This document shows, in pieces, positions 26,143 to 35,356 of a stretch of DNA of 64,000 bases. The translations under genes and the position numbers were made by a program. The notes under the pieces are model-generated. The model saw only the letters and a list, made by a program, of their open reading frames with translations. It did no database searches and was not told where the DNA came from. Position 1 is the stretch's first letter, and each line of letters starts with the position of its first letter. Origin of the DNA: an uncultured Gammaproteobacteria bacterium (GTDB lineage: Bacteria > Patescibacteriota > Microgenomatia > UBA8517); assembly GCA_964494885.1 (NCBI GenBank), contig CAZBTH010000001.1:46319-110318 (forward strand), written 5' to 3'.

Positions 26143-27295
26143 TGCAAAGTGCAAGCAAAATCACCATCCACCCCATTATCCAGGGATAAAAAAACGAATT
26201 GGAAAAAAGACTGTGAACAACGAGAGCAACAAAAGAAGCAAAAAGTAGTATGTAGTATGTAGTATGTAGAATCGCATTTCTAATTTGCAAAAATAGATAG
26301 ATTGAAACTATTAACCCCACCACTCCGGTTGTTGTCAAGACAAACAGAAGACTTGAGTCGGATCCTGAACAAGCGTGAGAAGTAAACATCTGAGGTCCAA
26401 TATATTTTTGGTAAGCAAAGCACATATTGTTATATCCAATCCCAAAAACCGGAGACTTTGCAAATATCGCCAACGTAGCTTGATAGTTTTCAATTTTTGC
26501 GATAGCAGAAAAACTCCTAAAAAGTCGAATACTGTTATTTTTGGTTGTGGGAAGGAAAAATACGACGACCGAGAGTCCGGCAATTAAAAGTAATAACTTT
26601 TTTAACTTTCTGTTCAAATAGATTATTACCAATACACCGACTGTAAATGCTATATAACTGGCTCGGGAATAAGTGAAAGCTAAAGATATCAATAAAAATA
26701 AAGCTAAGATGTAGTACCATCTTTTTTTATTTACGATGCATCGATGTATCGTAATCAATAGACCAAAAACTAATATTAAACCGAGGAAAGTCGGATCCAA
26801 AAAAGTACCAACCAAACGGAACAAATGCATATCCCAACCCCATGTAAAAAACGGTTTTATATCAGGAAATTTAAAAAACTGAATCCAACCAAATACGGCA
26901 GACATAACTGAAATAGATAAAAGCGAGTCTAAAAGCAATTTTCCATTCTTCAAATTACTTGTTGAAAAGTGACACACATATATAAAAAAATAAGAATACG
27001 CAAACAGACGGATTAGATACATCAGTCCGTAGAGTACTTCAACTTGTTTAAATATCAGTGACCCAAAAATCCAGGAAAATGTTGCTGCGGCTAGTAACCC
27101 CTCAATATATTTAAAAAAATCCGGTTTTTTGAATCTTTTGAGAATTGCATAGAAAGCTGTCAACCCCACGATTACATCCATTGGATGTAGTATCCCAATT
27201 CTAATTATTTGTCCAAAAGGAAATAATACAAAGAAAAGAAAGATGAAAATGTTATTAAAATTTAAGCGTTTTGTATAATCCATTGTTTGCTCCAC
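26120..27295 (-). CDS. O-antigen ligase/polymerase-like polytopic membrane protein
   Basis: About 10 TM helices, Wzy_C-like loop (YSRASYIAF). Confidence 0.6.
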   Translation of the reverse strand: MEQTMDYTKRLNFNNIFIFLFFVLFPFGQIIRIGILHPMDVIVGLTAFYAILKRFKKPDFFKYIEGLLAAATFSWIFGSLIFKQVEVLYGLMYLIRLFAYSYFFIYVCHFSTSNLKNGKLLLDSLLSISVMSAVFGWIQFFKFPDIKPFFTWGWDMHLFRLVGTFLDPTFLGLILVFGLLITIHRCIVNKKRWYYILALFLLISLAFTYSRASYIAFTVGVLVIIYLNRKLKKLLLLIAGLSVVVFFLPTTKNNSIRLFRSFSAIAKIENYQATLAIFAKSPVFGIGYNNMCFAYQKYIGPQMFTSHACSGSDSSLLFVLTTTGVVGLIVSIYLFLQIRNAILHTTYYILLFASFVALVVHSLFSNSFFYPWIMGWMVILLALCIKKKNLV

Positions 27296-27837
27296 GATAA
27301 ATAGGAATGCAGAGATTGCATTATACTAAAAACTACGTTTCTGGATTTAATTAATGTAATGAAAAATTTTCCGATGGGATAAAAAATAATTTTAAACAAA
27401 TTAGATTTCTTTCCCTCTTTGATATTTTCTAATGCATGCAATTCCGAATAATAATTAACTTTTTTTAAATAGTCCTGTAAATTTTGGGAAGTGTTGTGAA
27501 CAATATAGGCATTTTTAATTTCACCAATTCTGCCGTTGACATGCCAGGTTTCATGAACACCCCTTTCCCAGGTACCTGCATTGTTTTTACCAAGACGTAA
27601 TATCTTATCTGTGCCGACATACTGCCTCAGAAAATAGTTTTTCCTGTTCAAGTAAAACCCGTTATATCCGCTTGTATTCAGTCTCTTAATTTCGCTTTTT
27701 AGGTCTTTTGAGATCACCTCATCAGAATCCAAAAACAATATCCATTCTGATTTTGTCGATTTAAGAAGATCGTTCCGTGATGTGGCGAAATCTGTAATAT
27801 TTTTTTTATTTAAAGTAATAACTGTGAAGTTTTTCAT
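27262..27837 (-). CDS. Family 2 glycosyltransferase (small, LPS-core type)
   Basis: DSDE(V) motif, GT2-like. Confidence 0.55.
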   Translation of the reverse strand: MKNFTVITLNKKNITDFATSRNDLLKSTKSEWILFLDSDEVISKDLKSEIKRLNTSGYNGFYLNRKNYFLRQYVGTDKILRLGKNNAGTWERGVHETWHVNGRIGEIKNAYIVHNTSQNLQDYLKKVNYYSELHALENIKEGKKSNLFKIIFYPIGKFFITLIKSRNVVFSIMQSLHSYLSWSKQWIIQNA

Positions 27838-30098
27838 TCAATTGATTTATATATCCAAACCCCCCCGTCTGCCCAAATTTTACTTCCGGCTGGAATCTTT
27901 CCGGAATTTCTTTCTTCAACTATTGTATACCGTATTCCTGCATCGTTCTTAATTTTTGCCCCTCTAATAGTTAATAAATAAATATAATTATTCGCGAATT
28001 CATTCTCAAACTTATCATTGACTCCAATCCTTGAAATCGAAAAAACAGATCCTTCCGAATCTTTAATAATTTTACCAACTACAGAAAGTTGAACCGAATA
28101 AGGGGGTGCTGTTTGGATATATTCTGAACGTGGCATATCTTGATAGAACCAATTTCTGTTTATCAAACTCCACAAACACAAACCTCCGATTAATATGGTT
28201 AGTGTAGTTACAATAAATTTATCCTTAAACGTTTTGATAATCAGGAAAGCTAAAAGAATTAGAGGTATCGGGAATATTGCTAAAAAGTAATGTTCCGGGG
28301 GGTCGCCATGAATAAACAAACCTAAATATACAACAACTAAATTGATAAAAAGTAAAACAAACGACATTTCCTTGTTTCTGTCACGAAGTGCTTTAGAAAC
28401 CCAAACGAGTAATCCAACAAACATCAAGGCAAATAATCCGATTGAAACTATATATGAATCTGGAACAAACGAGTCTTTAAAAAACTGATAAATTGAGTAA
28501 ACATTCTGAGATATAACTTTCGAATCAACATTGTTTTTTGGATATAAACCAAAAAAGCCAATCACTCTGTATGGAATCCACGCTAAAAGTTGAAGCGTAA
28601 TAGTAAACCTGTTTGTCATTTCGTAGATAATAAAAGTAATATTCGGAATCAAAAAACCCAAAAAGAAATGAAATACATATTTTAACTTAGGTCTTATTTT
28701 GTAATAAATAAAAGACACAACGATTGCCGGTATCAAAAGAAGCGGGCTTGGGAAAAAACTCATGGAGAGCCCTAAAATAAGTCCTAAAACCCCCAGACTT
28801 TTACCTTTATTATTAATTGACTTTAGTAAATACCAAAGATATGGAAAAAATATTATACCCGCAGGAGCGTTATAGCGTGAGTCTCGGGTTAGTGTGATCC
28901 ATGCGGGGGAGACGGCCAGCAAAAATGACGATATTAACGCGATTTTTTCATCAAAAAGTTTTCTAAGATAATAATAACTAACTAAAATTGAAAACGACCC
29001 CACTATGGCCCAAAAAATATTTATTACAATTGGATTGAATTTTGCAAAAAACAAAAGTACCGAATAGATCCAATAAGAAACCGGTGGAATAAAAAACCAT
29101 TCGTGGGAAGTTCTGGGGCCAATTAAGAAAGTCCTTGTTCCATGAACAATATTCCAAACATTCATATAGTCTGTCCCCATCTCGCCATTTAAAACAAGGT
29201 TGGGTATCAATCTGTAGAATCTTAAAAAAGTTCCTAGGACCAATATTCCTAAAACTAGGAGTGTGCTTTTTGAAAATCTGGCAAATGCCTCTACTATTAA
29301 GGCTGGCAGAATGCCATAGTGTTTTTTAAAATAATAATGTCTGCTTCGTGCAAAGGCATTTTTTATTTCATCTGAATTTTTTAATGTACCTTTTGATTCC
29401 AAATGAGTCACTTCAGATTTTGAATCAAAATAAATTTTATATCCGTTTTTCTCTAAACGTTTTGAAACATCATTTTCCTCAAAATATAAAAATAGATTCT
29501 CATCAAATTTTCCTATTACGTCACAAGCCTCTTTCTTGATTATAAAAGCCGCAAGTTGGCCTACTTCGACTTTTCGGGAAGTTTGCCTATTCCAACCATT
29601 CATCAAGTAATCTTTAACGACAAAACTACGTGGAAAAATTTTGTTTACAAAAGACAGGAAGTAGATTCCTCTAATTGGGGTCAATTCTTTAGTTGCTTCG
29701 GGTGTAAATCGCCCCGAAATATTTTTAATACGCGGTACCACCATTCCGATTTTGGGGTCTTTTTTCAGGACGTTATAAATATTTTTAAAAGACTTAAGGT
29801 CAATTAGAATATCTGAGTCGAGAGAGAAAATATACTTTCCAGCCGCATATCTGATCCCAAAATTTCGCCCTCCTCCCCAACCTAGATTTTTCTGAGATGG
29901 CATGTATTTTACCCAAGGATATTTTTTCCTAAAAATGGTTTTCTCGAGCTTTTCTTCATTGTTGTCTACTAAAATAAACTCCGCAGATTTAAATTTTGAT
30001 TTGATTATTTTAAGTTTACTAAGACACCTAAACACCTCACCCCCATGGCCATAATGGACAACGACCACAGATACTTCAATAGTTTTTTTTAGCTTCAT
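27834..30098 (-). CDS. Bifunctional GT2 glycosyltransferase fused to a large polytopic membrane domain
   Basis: N-terminal GT2 (VVVVHYG, ILVDNN, DSD) and C-terminal ~12-TM domain. Confidence 0.6.
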   Translation of the reverse strand: MKLKKTIEVSVVVVHYGHGGEVFRCLSKLKIIKSKFKSAEFILVDNNEEKLEKTIFRKKYPWVKYMPSQKNLGWGGGRNFGIRYAAGKYIFSLDSDILIDLKSFKNIYNVLKKDPKIGMVVPRIKNISGRFTPEATKELTPIRGIYFLSFVNKIFPRSFVVKDYLMNGWNRQTSRKVEVGQLAAFIIKKEACDVIGKFDENLFLYFEENDVSKRLEKNGYKIYFDSKSEVTHLESKGTLKNSDEIKNAFARSRHYYFKKHYGILPALIVEAFARFSKSTLLVLGILVLGTFLRFYRLIPNLVLNGEMGTDYMNVWNIVHGTRTFLIGPRTSHEWFFIPPVSYWIYSVLLFFAKFNPIVINIFWAIVGSFSILVSYYYLRKLFDEKIALISSFLLAVSPAWITLTRDSRYNAPAGIIFFPYLWYLLKSINNKGKSLGVLGLILGLSMSFFPSPLLLIPAIVVSFIYYKIRPKLKYVFHFFLGFLIPNITFIIYEMTNRFTITLQLLAWIPYRVIGFFGLYPKNNVDSKVISQNVYSIYQFFKDSFVPDSYIVSIGLFALMFVGLLVWVSKALRDRNKEMSFVLLFINLVVVYLGLFIHGDPPEHYFLAIFPIPLILLAFLIIKTFKDKFIVTTLTILIGGLCLWSLINRNWFYQDMPRSEYIQTAPPYSVQLSVVGKIIKDSEGSVFSISRIGVNDKFENEFANNYIYLLTIRGAKIKNDAGIRYTIVEERNSGKIPAGSKIWADGGVWIYKSIE

Positions 30099-30099
30099 G

Positions 30100-31386
30100 T
30101 TATATCGTAGAGATTTTAGGAAATGAGACTATGAATTTACCTCCATTTTTGATAAAAACGCGCTCCTTTTTAATTATTTCTTTTTTATAATTCCATGCAA
30201 GAAGTAATACAAACTTTACCGAATCCTTCCTAAATACTTCTGGTGAAACAATCGGAATATGTGTTCCCGGGGTAAACCTACCTTGTCTTTCGACAGATTC
30301 GTCAACTATATAATCCAAAATGTCTTTACCAATTCCGCATGAACACAAAAATGTGTTTGCGCGCCCCCCAGCACCGTATCCGACAATTCTTGAACCACCT
30401 TTCTTAATACCCAGCAGCAACTTCTTTATGTCTACTTTGTGTTTTTCAATTTTTAGATCAAAGTTTTTTAAGATCTTTTCGTCGACCCGTCCCAAACCCT
30501 GTTCAAACTTTATCAACCTTAAAACACCATCTCTTGTCTTTAATTTGTTATTACTCTTAAATTTTACGTAAACACGAATAGAACCAGAGTGTATCGACAT
30601 TTTTTTAACATCAAATATTTCCAGGTTAAACTTGTTCAAGAACGGACTTAATGTCGACAAACTGTAATAACTCAGATGCTCCCCATAAAAAAAGTCATAT
30701 TGCATCATTTTCAAAAGATCGGGGAAATAGTGGACTTCAAAAATCAATATACCATCATTCTTAAGAAGTTTACTTACACCCTTAAAAACATTGTCCATGT
30801 TATCAATGTGGGCCAAAACATTATTTGCCAAAATTAAGTCTGCTTTTCCGTATTTATTTATGATTGTATCGGCCACCTTAACACCAAAATAATCAATAAT
30901 AATGTCAAGTGCCTTTTTCTTGGCAATTCTTCCAACATTAACGGCTGGATCCACCCCGAGAACTTTAAAACCCATTTTTAAAAGTGGAAGGAGCAAAACT
31001 CCGTCATTGCTACCAATTTCTACAATAAAAGAATTTTTAACTGAAAATTTCTTTTTTATTTCCTCAGCATATTCCTGAAAATGTTTAGTTAAACTCACCG
31101 AGGATAAATAATGGTAATTTCTGAATAAGGTCGCGGAAGAGATAATATCCAAGTTCTGGATTAGGCCGCAACCTCTACAAAAGAAAATTCTAAGGGGATA
31201 ATAACGCTCTTTCCCTACCTCCTCGGGTTTAAGATAATTGCCGGCATGAGGTATGTAACCAAAATCTAAAAATTTGACTAATTTGCGGCTTTTGCAAAAT
31301 CTACAGATACATCTCTTTTTGAATTTACCCAATTTTGCCTTTTTCTTAATCATTCGTGTGTAGTTTAACAAATTTTGTGCTAACAT
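30100..31386 (-). CDS. SAM-dependent C-methyltransferase (NDP-sugar C-methyltransferase family)
   Basis: N-terminal Zn-ribbon CRFC...CRGC, class I MTase motif VEIGSNDG, C-terminal C-MT domain. Confidence 0.6.
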   Translation of the reverse strand: MLAQNLLNYTRMIKKKAKLGKFKKRCICRFCKSRKLVKFLDFGYIPHAGNYLKPEEVGKERYYPLRIFFCRGCGLIQNLDIISSATLFRNYHYLSSVSLTKHFQEYAEEIKKKFSVKNSFIVEIGSNDGVLLLPLLKMGFKVLGVDPAVNVGRIAKKKALDIIIDYFGVKVADTIINKYGKADLILANNVLAHIDNMDNVFKGVSKLLKNDGILIFEVHYFPDLLKMMQYDFFYGEHLSYYSLSTLSPFLNKFNLEIFDVKKMSIHSGSIRVYVKFKSNNKLKTRDGVLRLIKFEQGLGRVDEKILKNFDLKIEKHKVDIKKLLLGIKKGGSRIVGYGAGGRANTFLCSCGIGKDILDYIVDESVERQGRFTPGTHIPIVSPEVFRKDSVKFVLLLAWNYKKEIIKKERVFIKNGGKFIVSFPKISTI

Positions 31387-31403
31387 TCTCTCAAATTACC
31401 ATT

Positions 31404-32159
31404 ATGGAAGATTTTCTGGTTCTTGGGGGCGAATCCACTTTAGCCAAATATTTTATTCAAACTTACAGAGAAAGGTGTGTGGCTTTAAGCAAAAAGCAAT
31501 GCGACATAACAAATATCAAGGTACTAGAGAAAGTCATCAAGAGTTCTGGCGCTCGGTATATAGTCAACTGTGCCGCAATTACTGATATTGAATATGCTGA
31601 AAAAAATCCTGAAAAATGTTTCGATGTTAACTCAATTGCTGTAGGAAATTTGGACAACTTTTCCCAAAAATTCAATAAAAAATTAATTCATCTTTCTTCG
31701 GACTACGCAGTTAATCCAATAAATGTTTACGGTTATTCCAAAATGATGAGTGAGATGCTTATCAATAAGTCTAAAAACCTGATAATCAGAACAAGTTTTT
31801 ATAGTGATAGATACTACATAATAAAATCTCTTGTTTCGGGCAACGTCACCAATGCTTACAAAAACGCTTTCTTTAATCCCGTGTCCATAAACAGGCTGGT
31901 CTGGGAAATCTGCAAAAACAAAGACAAACGTGGAATTCTGAATATTTTTACTGAGAAAAAAATATCCAAATACAGTTTTGCAATAAATGCGGCTAAAATT
32001 TTTAATATCGATCGAAAGTTAATTCAACCGGTTAATTTAGTTAACACAGATGGAAGGGTAAATCTGCCATTAAATTCGTTCGTTGCTCCAGACGTCAAAA
32101 TTCAGCTGGACGGTGATCTCCTTTCTTTTAAAAAACATTTTGGACCAATCAGATCTTAA
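31404..32159 (+). CDS. RmlD-like NAD(P)-dependent sugar reductase/epimerase
   Basis: VLGGESTLAKY Rossmann-type N-terminus; start moved to MEDFLV. Confidence 0.5.
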   Translation: MEDFLVLGGESTLAKYFIQTYRERCVALSKKQCDITNIKVLEKVIKSSGARYIVNCAAITDIEYAEKNPEKCFDVNSIAVGNLDNFSQKFNKKLIHLSSDYAVNPINVYGYSKMMSEMLINKSKNLIIRTSFYSDRYYIIKSLVSGNVTNAYKNAFFNPVSINRLVWEICKNKDKRGILNIFTEKKISKYSFAINAAKIFNIDRKLIQPVNLVNTDGRVNLPLNSFVAPDVKIQLDGDLLSFKKHFGPIRS

Positions 32160-33369
32160 GAGTTTTGAATATAAAGTACACAGTAAAGGGGAGGGAAATT
32201 AGAGTTCCTATGATGGCTGATGCGCCAGCGCCTATTATTCCATAGGTTTGTGTGAGGGGGATAATTGCAATCCAAAGACCTAAGGTACTAACCATTGTTA
32301 TAACTGCAGAATATTTTTGCTTCTCTTTTGCTACCAATAAAGAATTTGTAGAACTGGCGACCCCACGAACCACCCCAAGAATCACCAAAAGTTTTACAAC
32401 AGGGATAGCACTCTCCCAACCTTTTCCAAATAGAATATTAACTATCGGTGCGGCAAAAACAAAAACAATTATTCCTGCGGTCGTCATTAATATAAAATTT
32501 GCTAAAGTATTTTTAATAAAAGCGGATTTGAGTCGCACAGCATCACCCGAAATCTTGGAAAAAATTGGGAAAGTTACTCTGTAAAAAATATCACCAACTT
32601 CAGTCAATGGAGCAGTGGAAATTTTATATGCATTCTGATAAATTCCTAAAGGTGCTACTCCTAAAATTTTACCGACGACGACATTGTCACTTTGAGTATA
32701 AAGATAATCGAAAATCCCAAACAATGTCACCCATTTGCCTCTTTCAATTACTCGTCGTGTCTTGGTTTTATTAAAAGCAAACTTCGGCCAAGGTTTGGCA
32801 ACGGCAAAAGTAAAAACTACTTCATACACAGCACTGGCTACAAGCCCCCACACCATCCCCAATGCAGATTTTGTGAGAATAACCCCCAACACCGAAACCA
32901 AACATTCAACCAAAAAAACTGAAACTCTGTATAAAAACTCTTTGTTAAACTGCAACTCCTTTTGGAACTTAACTATCGATGGATTGATAAGGCCGCGGAT
33001 TAACGGCACTAAAGATACTATATATAAGAGATTTTTTGATTCGGGTGAATTGAAAAATGCTGAGGTGGGGGAAGCCGCGATAAAAATAAGTACTGAGATT
33101 AAAATACCACGAACAATAGAAACCACCCAAGCAGTATCTATATAGTTGTCAATATCTTCCTTTTCCTGAATCAGAAAAATATTGATTCCGGTTTCTGTGA
33201 TAATCTCCAAAAATCCCAAAACTATCGTAACTATTCCAAAAACCCCCAAACTGAATGGAGTAAGAATGTGGGCAATAATTGCAATCCGAATAACACCAAT
33301 AATGCGATACAGGATCCTAAACGCCGCCATCCAACTTACACCCTTTAATGTGTCTTTAAAATAGCCCAT
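32149..33369 (-). CDS. Polysaccharide biosynthesis flippase (Wzx/MOP superfamily)
   Basis: About 12 TM helices, Polysacc_synt-like. Confidence 0.65.
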   Translation of the reverse strand: MGYFKDTLKGVSWMAAFRILYRIIGVIRIAIIAHILTPFSLGVFGIVTIVLGFLEIITETGINIFLIQEKEDIDNYIDTAWVVSIVRGILISVLIFIAASPTSAFFNSPESKNLLYIVSLVPLIRGLINPSIVKFQKELQFNKEFLYRVSVFLVECLVSVLGVILTKSALGMVWGLVASAVYEVVFTFAVAKPWPKFAFNKTKTRRVIERGKWVTLFGIFDYLYTQSDNVVVGKILGVAPLGIYQNAYKISTAPLTEVGDIFYRVTFPIFSKISGDAVRLKSAFIKNTLANFILMTTAGIIVFVFAAPIVNILFGKGWESAIPVVKLLVILGVVRGVASSTNSLLVAKEKQKYSAVITMVSTLGLWIAIIPLTQTYGIIGAGASAIIGTLISLPFTVYFIFKTLKI

Positions 33370-34313
33370 TACCTATTAAGTATACCTGATACAAAACCAC
33401 CCATGACACTTAGATCGGAAACGATTTGAAGAATAGGCCCCCAGATAGCCACACGGTAGTCTCGAAATTCAAGATAGATTTTCCGAAACGCGTAGATTAA
33501 ATAAAAGAAAAAGAAAAAAAGCAAATAGGCAAGTAGGAAGGGGAACTTAAAACTAAGAACTAATAACGAAAAACCTAACACATATCTTAAGAGAACAAAA
33601 AGCACTTTAATATTGTGCGACGCAAAGCTTTTTCCAGGAAATATCCAAATTTTTGATTTTGCGTCCCCTTTTGCGTATTCATAAATCTTAGATCTGAAAT
33701 CCTTGATCGACCCGGGCATCCCCCACTCCACAACAGCATTTTTCATGCGTGAAATCTTGGCTCCATTTTTAATTAATTTATAATTAAAAACAGTATCCTC
33801 CGCCGCGCCAATCACCCCTTCGGGAAACCCGCCAATCTTTTCCCAAATTTGTTTTGTAAAAGCAATTGAGCGTGTTGAAGGTAAAAAACTGATATCAAAA
33901 TCTTTCGGCCTTGTTCCTAAAAAAACCGACTCCGCCTTTTGAAAAGTATTGTTTGATATCATTTTGTAAAATCCCGCAACGACATCTATTCCAGCATTTT
34001 CAAAAGGAGAAACAATATTCTTAACCCAATCCGGCGAGGCTACACAACCAGCATCGGTCATAAGAATAATTTCACCTTTGGCAATTTCCACGCCAAGGTT
34101 ACGGCCTCTGGCTCTTGAGCATTTTTCGACAAGAAGTTTAATACGGTCGTTCTTTTTTTGATAATGCCTAATTATTTCAACTGTTTTATCGTCGGAACCT
34201 CCGTCAACAACAATAATCTGGTCAGGTTTTTTTGTTTGCGCCAATAGTGAGTCTAAGAGTCGCCCTACCGAATCTTCTTCATTTAATGTTGTAATACAGA
34301 TCGAGATATTCAT
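33369..34313 (-). CDS. Family 2 glycosyltransferase with C-terminal TM helices
   Basis: ISICITTLNEE...VVDGGSDD...DAG GT2 motifs. Confidence 0.75.
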   Translation of the reverse strand: MNISICITTLNEEDSVGRLLDSLLAQTKKPDQIIVVDGGSDDKTVEIIRHYQKKNDRIKLLVEKCSRARGRNLGVEIAKGEIILMTDAGCVASPDWVKNIVSPFENAGIDVVAGFYKMISNNTFQKAESVFLGTRPKDFDISFLPSTRSIAFTKQIWEKIGGFPEGVIGAAEDTVFNYKLIKNGAKISRMKNAVVEWGMPGSIKDFRSKIYEYAKGDAKSKIWIFPGKSFASHNIKVLFVLLRYVLGFSLLVLSFKFPFLLAYLLFFFFFYLIYAFRKIYLEFRDYRVAIWGPILQIVSDLSVMGGFVSGILNR

Positions 34314-35196
34314 TTGCTAATTTTTCCCAAGTCTGAGATTTTCCCCACTGCTTGACGTCGCTATCGACAAAAGGAGACATCTTCCAGTAGTCTTCCTTTA
34401 TTTTACTATTTCCGAATAGCTTTAACTCACAACCATACGATAGTGCTTCCAGGGCCGCCAGATATCCTCCGGGCACACAATGGTTTGCCTTTTTCAAAAA
34501 CGGAACCGGATCAGTAAACCCGTGCACTTTCCCAAATTTTTCGCACTCGTTTCTAAGTCGACCATCCCCACAAAAATCAACTGTATATTTCTGGTTTTTA
34601 CCTAACCATTTCAGAAATTTCGCCAGTCCTGTATTCTCTTCCAATCTTCCCACATATACAATTTTATTTTTGTCTTTTGCTACACTGTTACGTATCACTG
34701 TAGCAGCACCATAAATTATTTTATTAAATTTAATTTTTAAGTATTTTTCTAAAAATTTTCCAATACCAACTGCTCCTGTTGAAAGTTTGACGGCAAGTTT
34801 TTTTTGCCAAATACTAAATTTTGATAATGGATTGTCCCATTCAAGTCCGTGAATAGTCGTAAATACGGGCTTTTTTGGATACATTAATCTAAACGGCAAA
34901 TACCAAATAAAAACGTCGTGGATATGGACTACATCTGCGTCTTGAATTAGTTTTCGATTTTTAAATATTTTCAACCAGATAGATAAGAGCCCCAATAATT
35001 TAATGTGTGGATACGAAAATCTTATTACTTTAGTTTTACCCGTTGCCTCCTTGCTCCTTAATTTTGAATCGAATTTTTCCGTAAGGATGGTTACACTTTT
35101 CCCTTTTCGCTCCAAACTCTTAGCTACTTCGAAAACATGCTTTTCTACTCCACCAACGTGTGGAAAATAAAGCCGAGTGATAAAAAGAATATTCAT
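34279..35196 (-). CDS. Family 1/4 glycosyltransferase
   Basis: N-terminal ILFITRLYFPHVGGVEKH typical of GT4. Confidence 0.6.
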   Translation of the reverse strand: MNILFITRLYFPHVGGVEKHVFEVAKSLERKGKSVTILTEKFDSKLRSKEATGKTKVIRFSYPHIKLLGLLSIWLKIFKNRKLIQDADVVHIHDVFIWYLPFRLMYPKKPVFTTIHGLEWDNPLSKFSIWQKKLAVKLSTGAVGIGKFLEKYLKIKFNKIIYGAATVIRNSVAKDKNKIVYVGRLEENTGLAKFLKWLGKNQKYTVDFCGDGRLRNECEKFGKVHGFTDPVPFLKKANHCVPGGYLAALEALSYGCELKLFGNSKIKEDYWKMSPFVDSDVKQWGKSQTWEKLANEYLDLYYNIK

Positions 35197-35356
35197 AGCT
35201 CGAATTTTATCAATTTATTCAAACTCTGTGAATACATCACATCTTTGGAAGAACATCTCGTTTAATACAATGCGGAAGAAGTTTATCTCTTGACAGACAA
35301 ATTATTAGGATAATAATTTAATATATGAAGAGATTGGAATATTTATTTATATCTCT

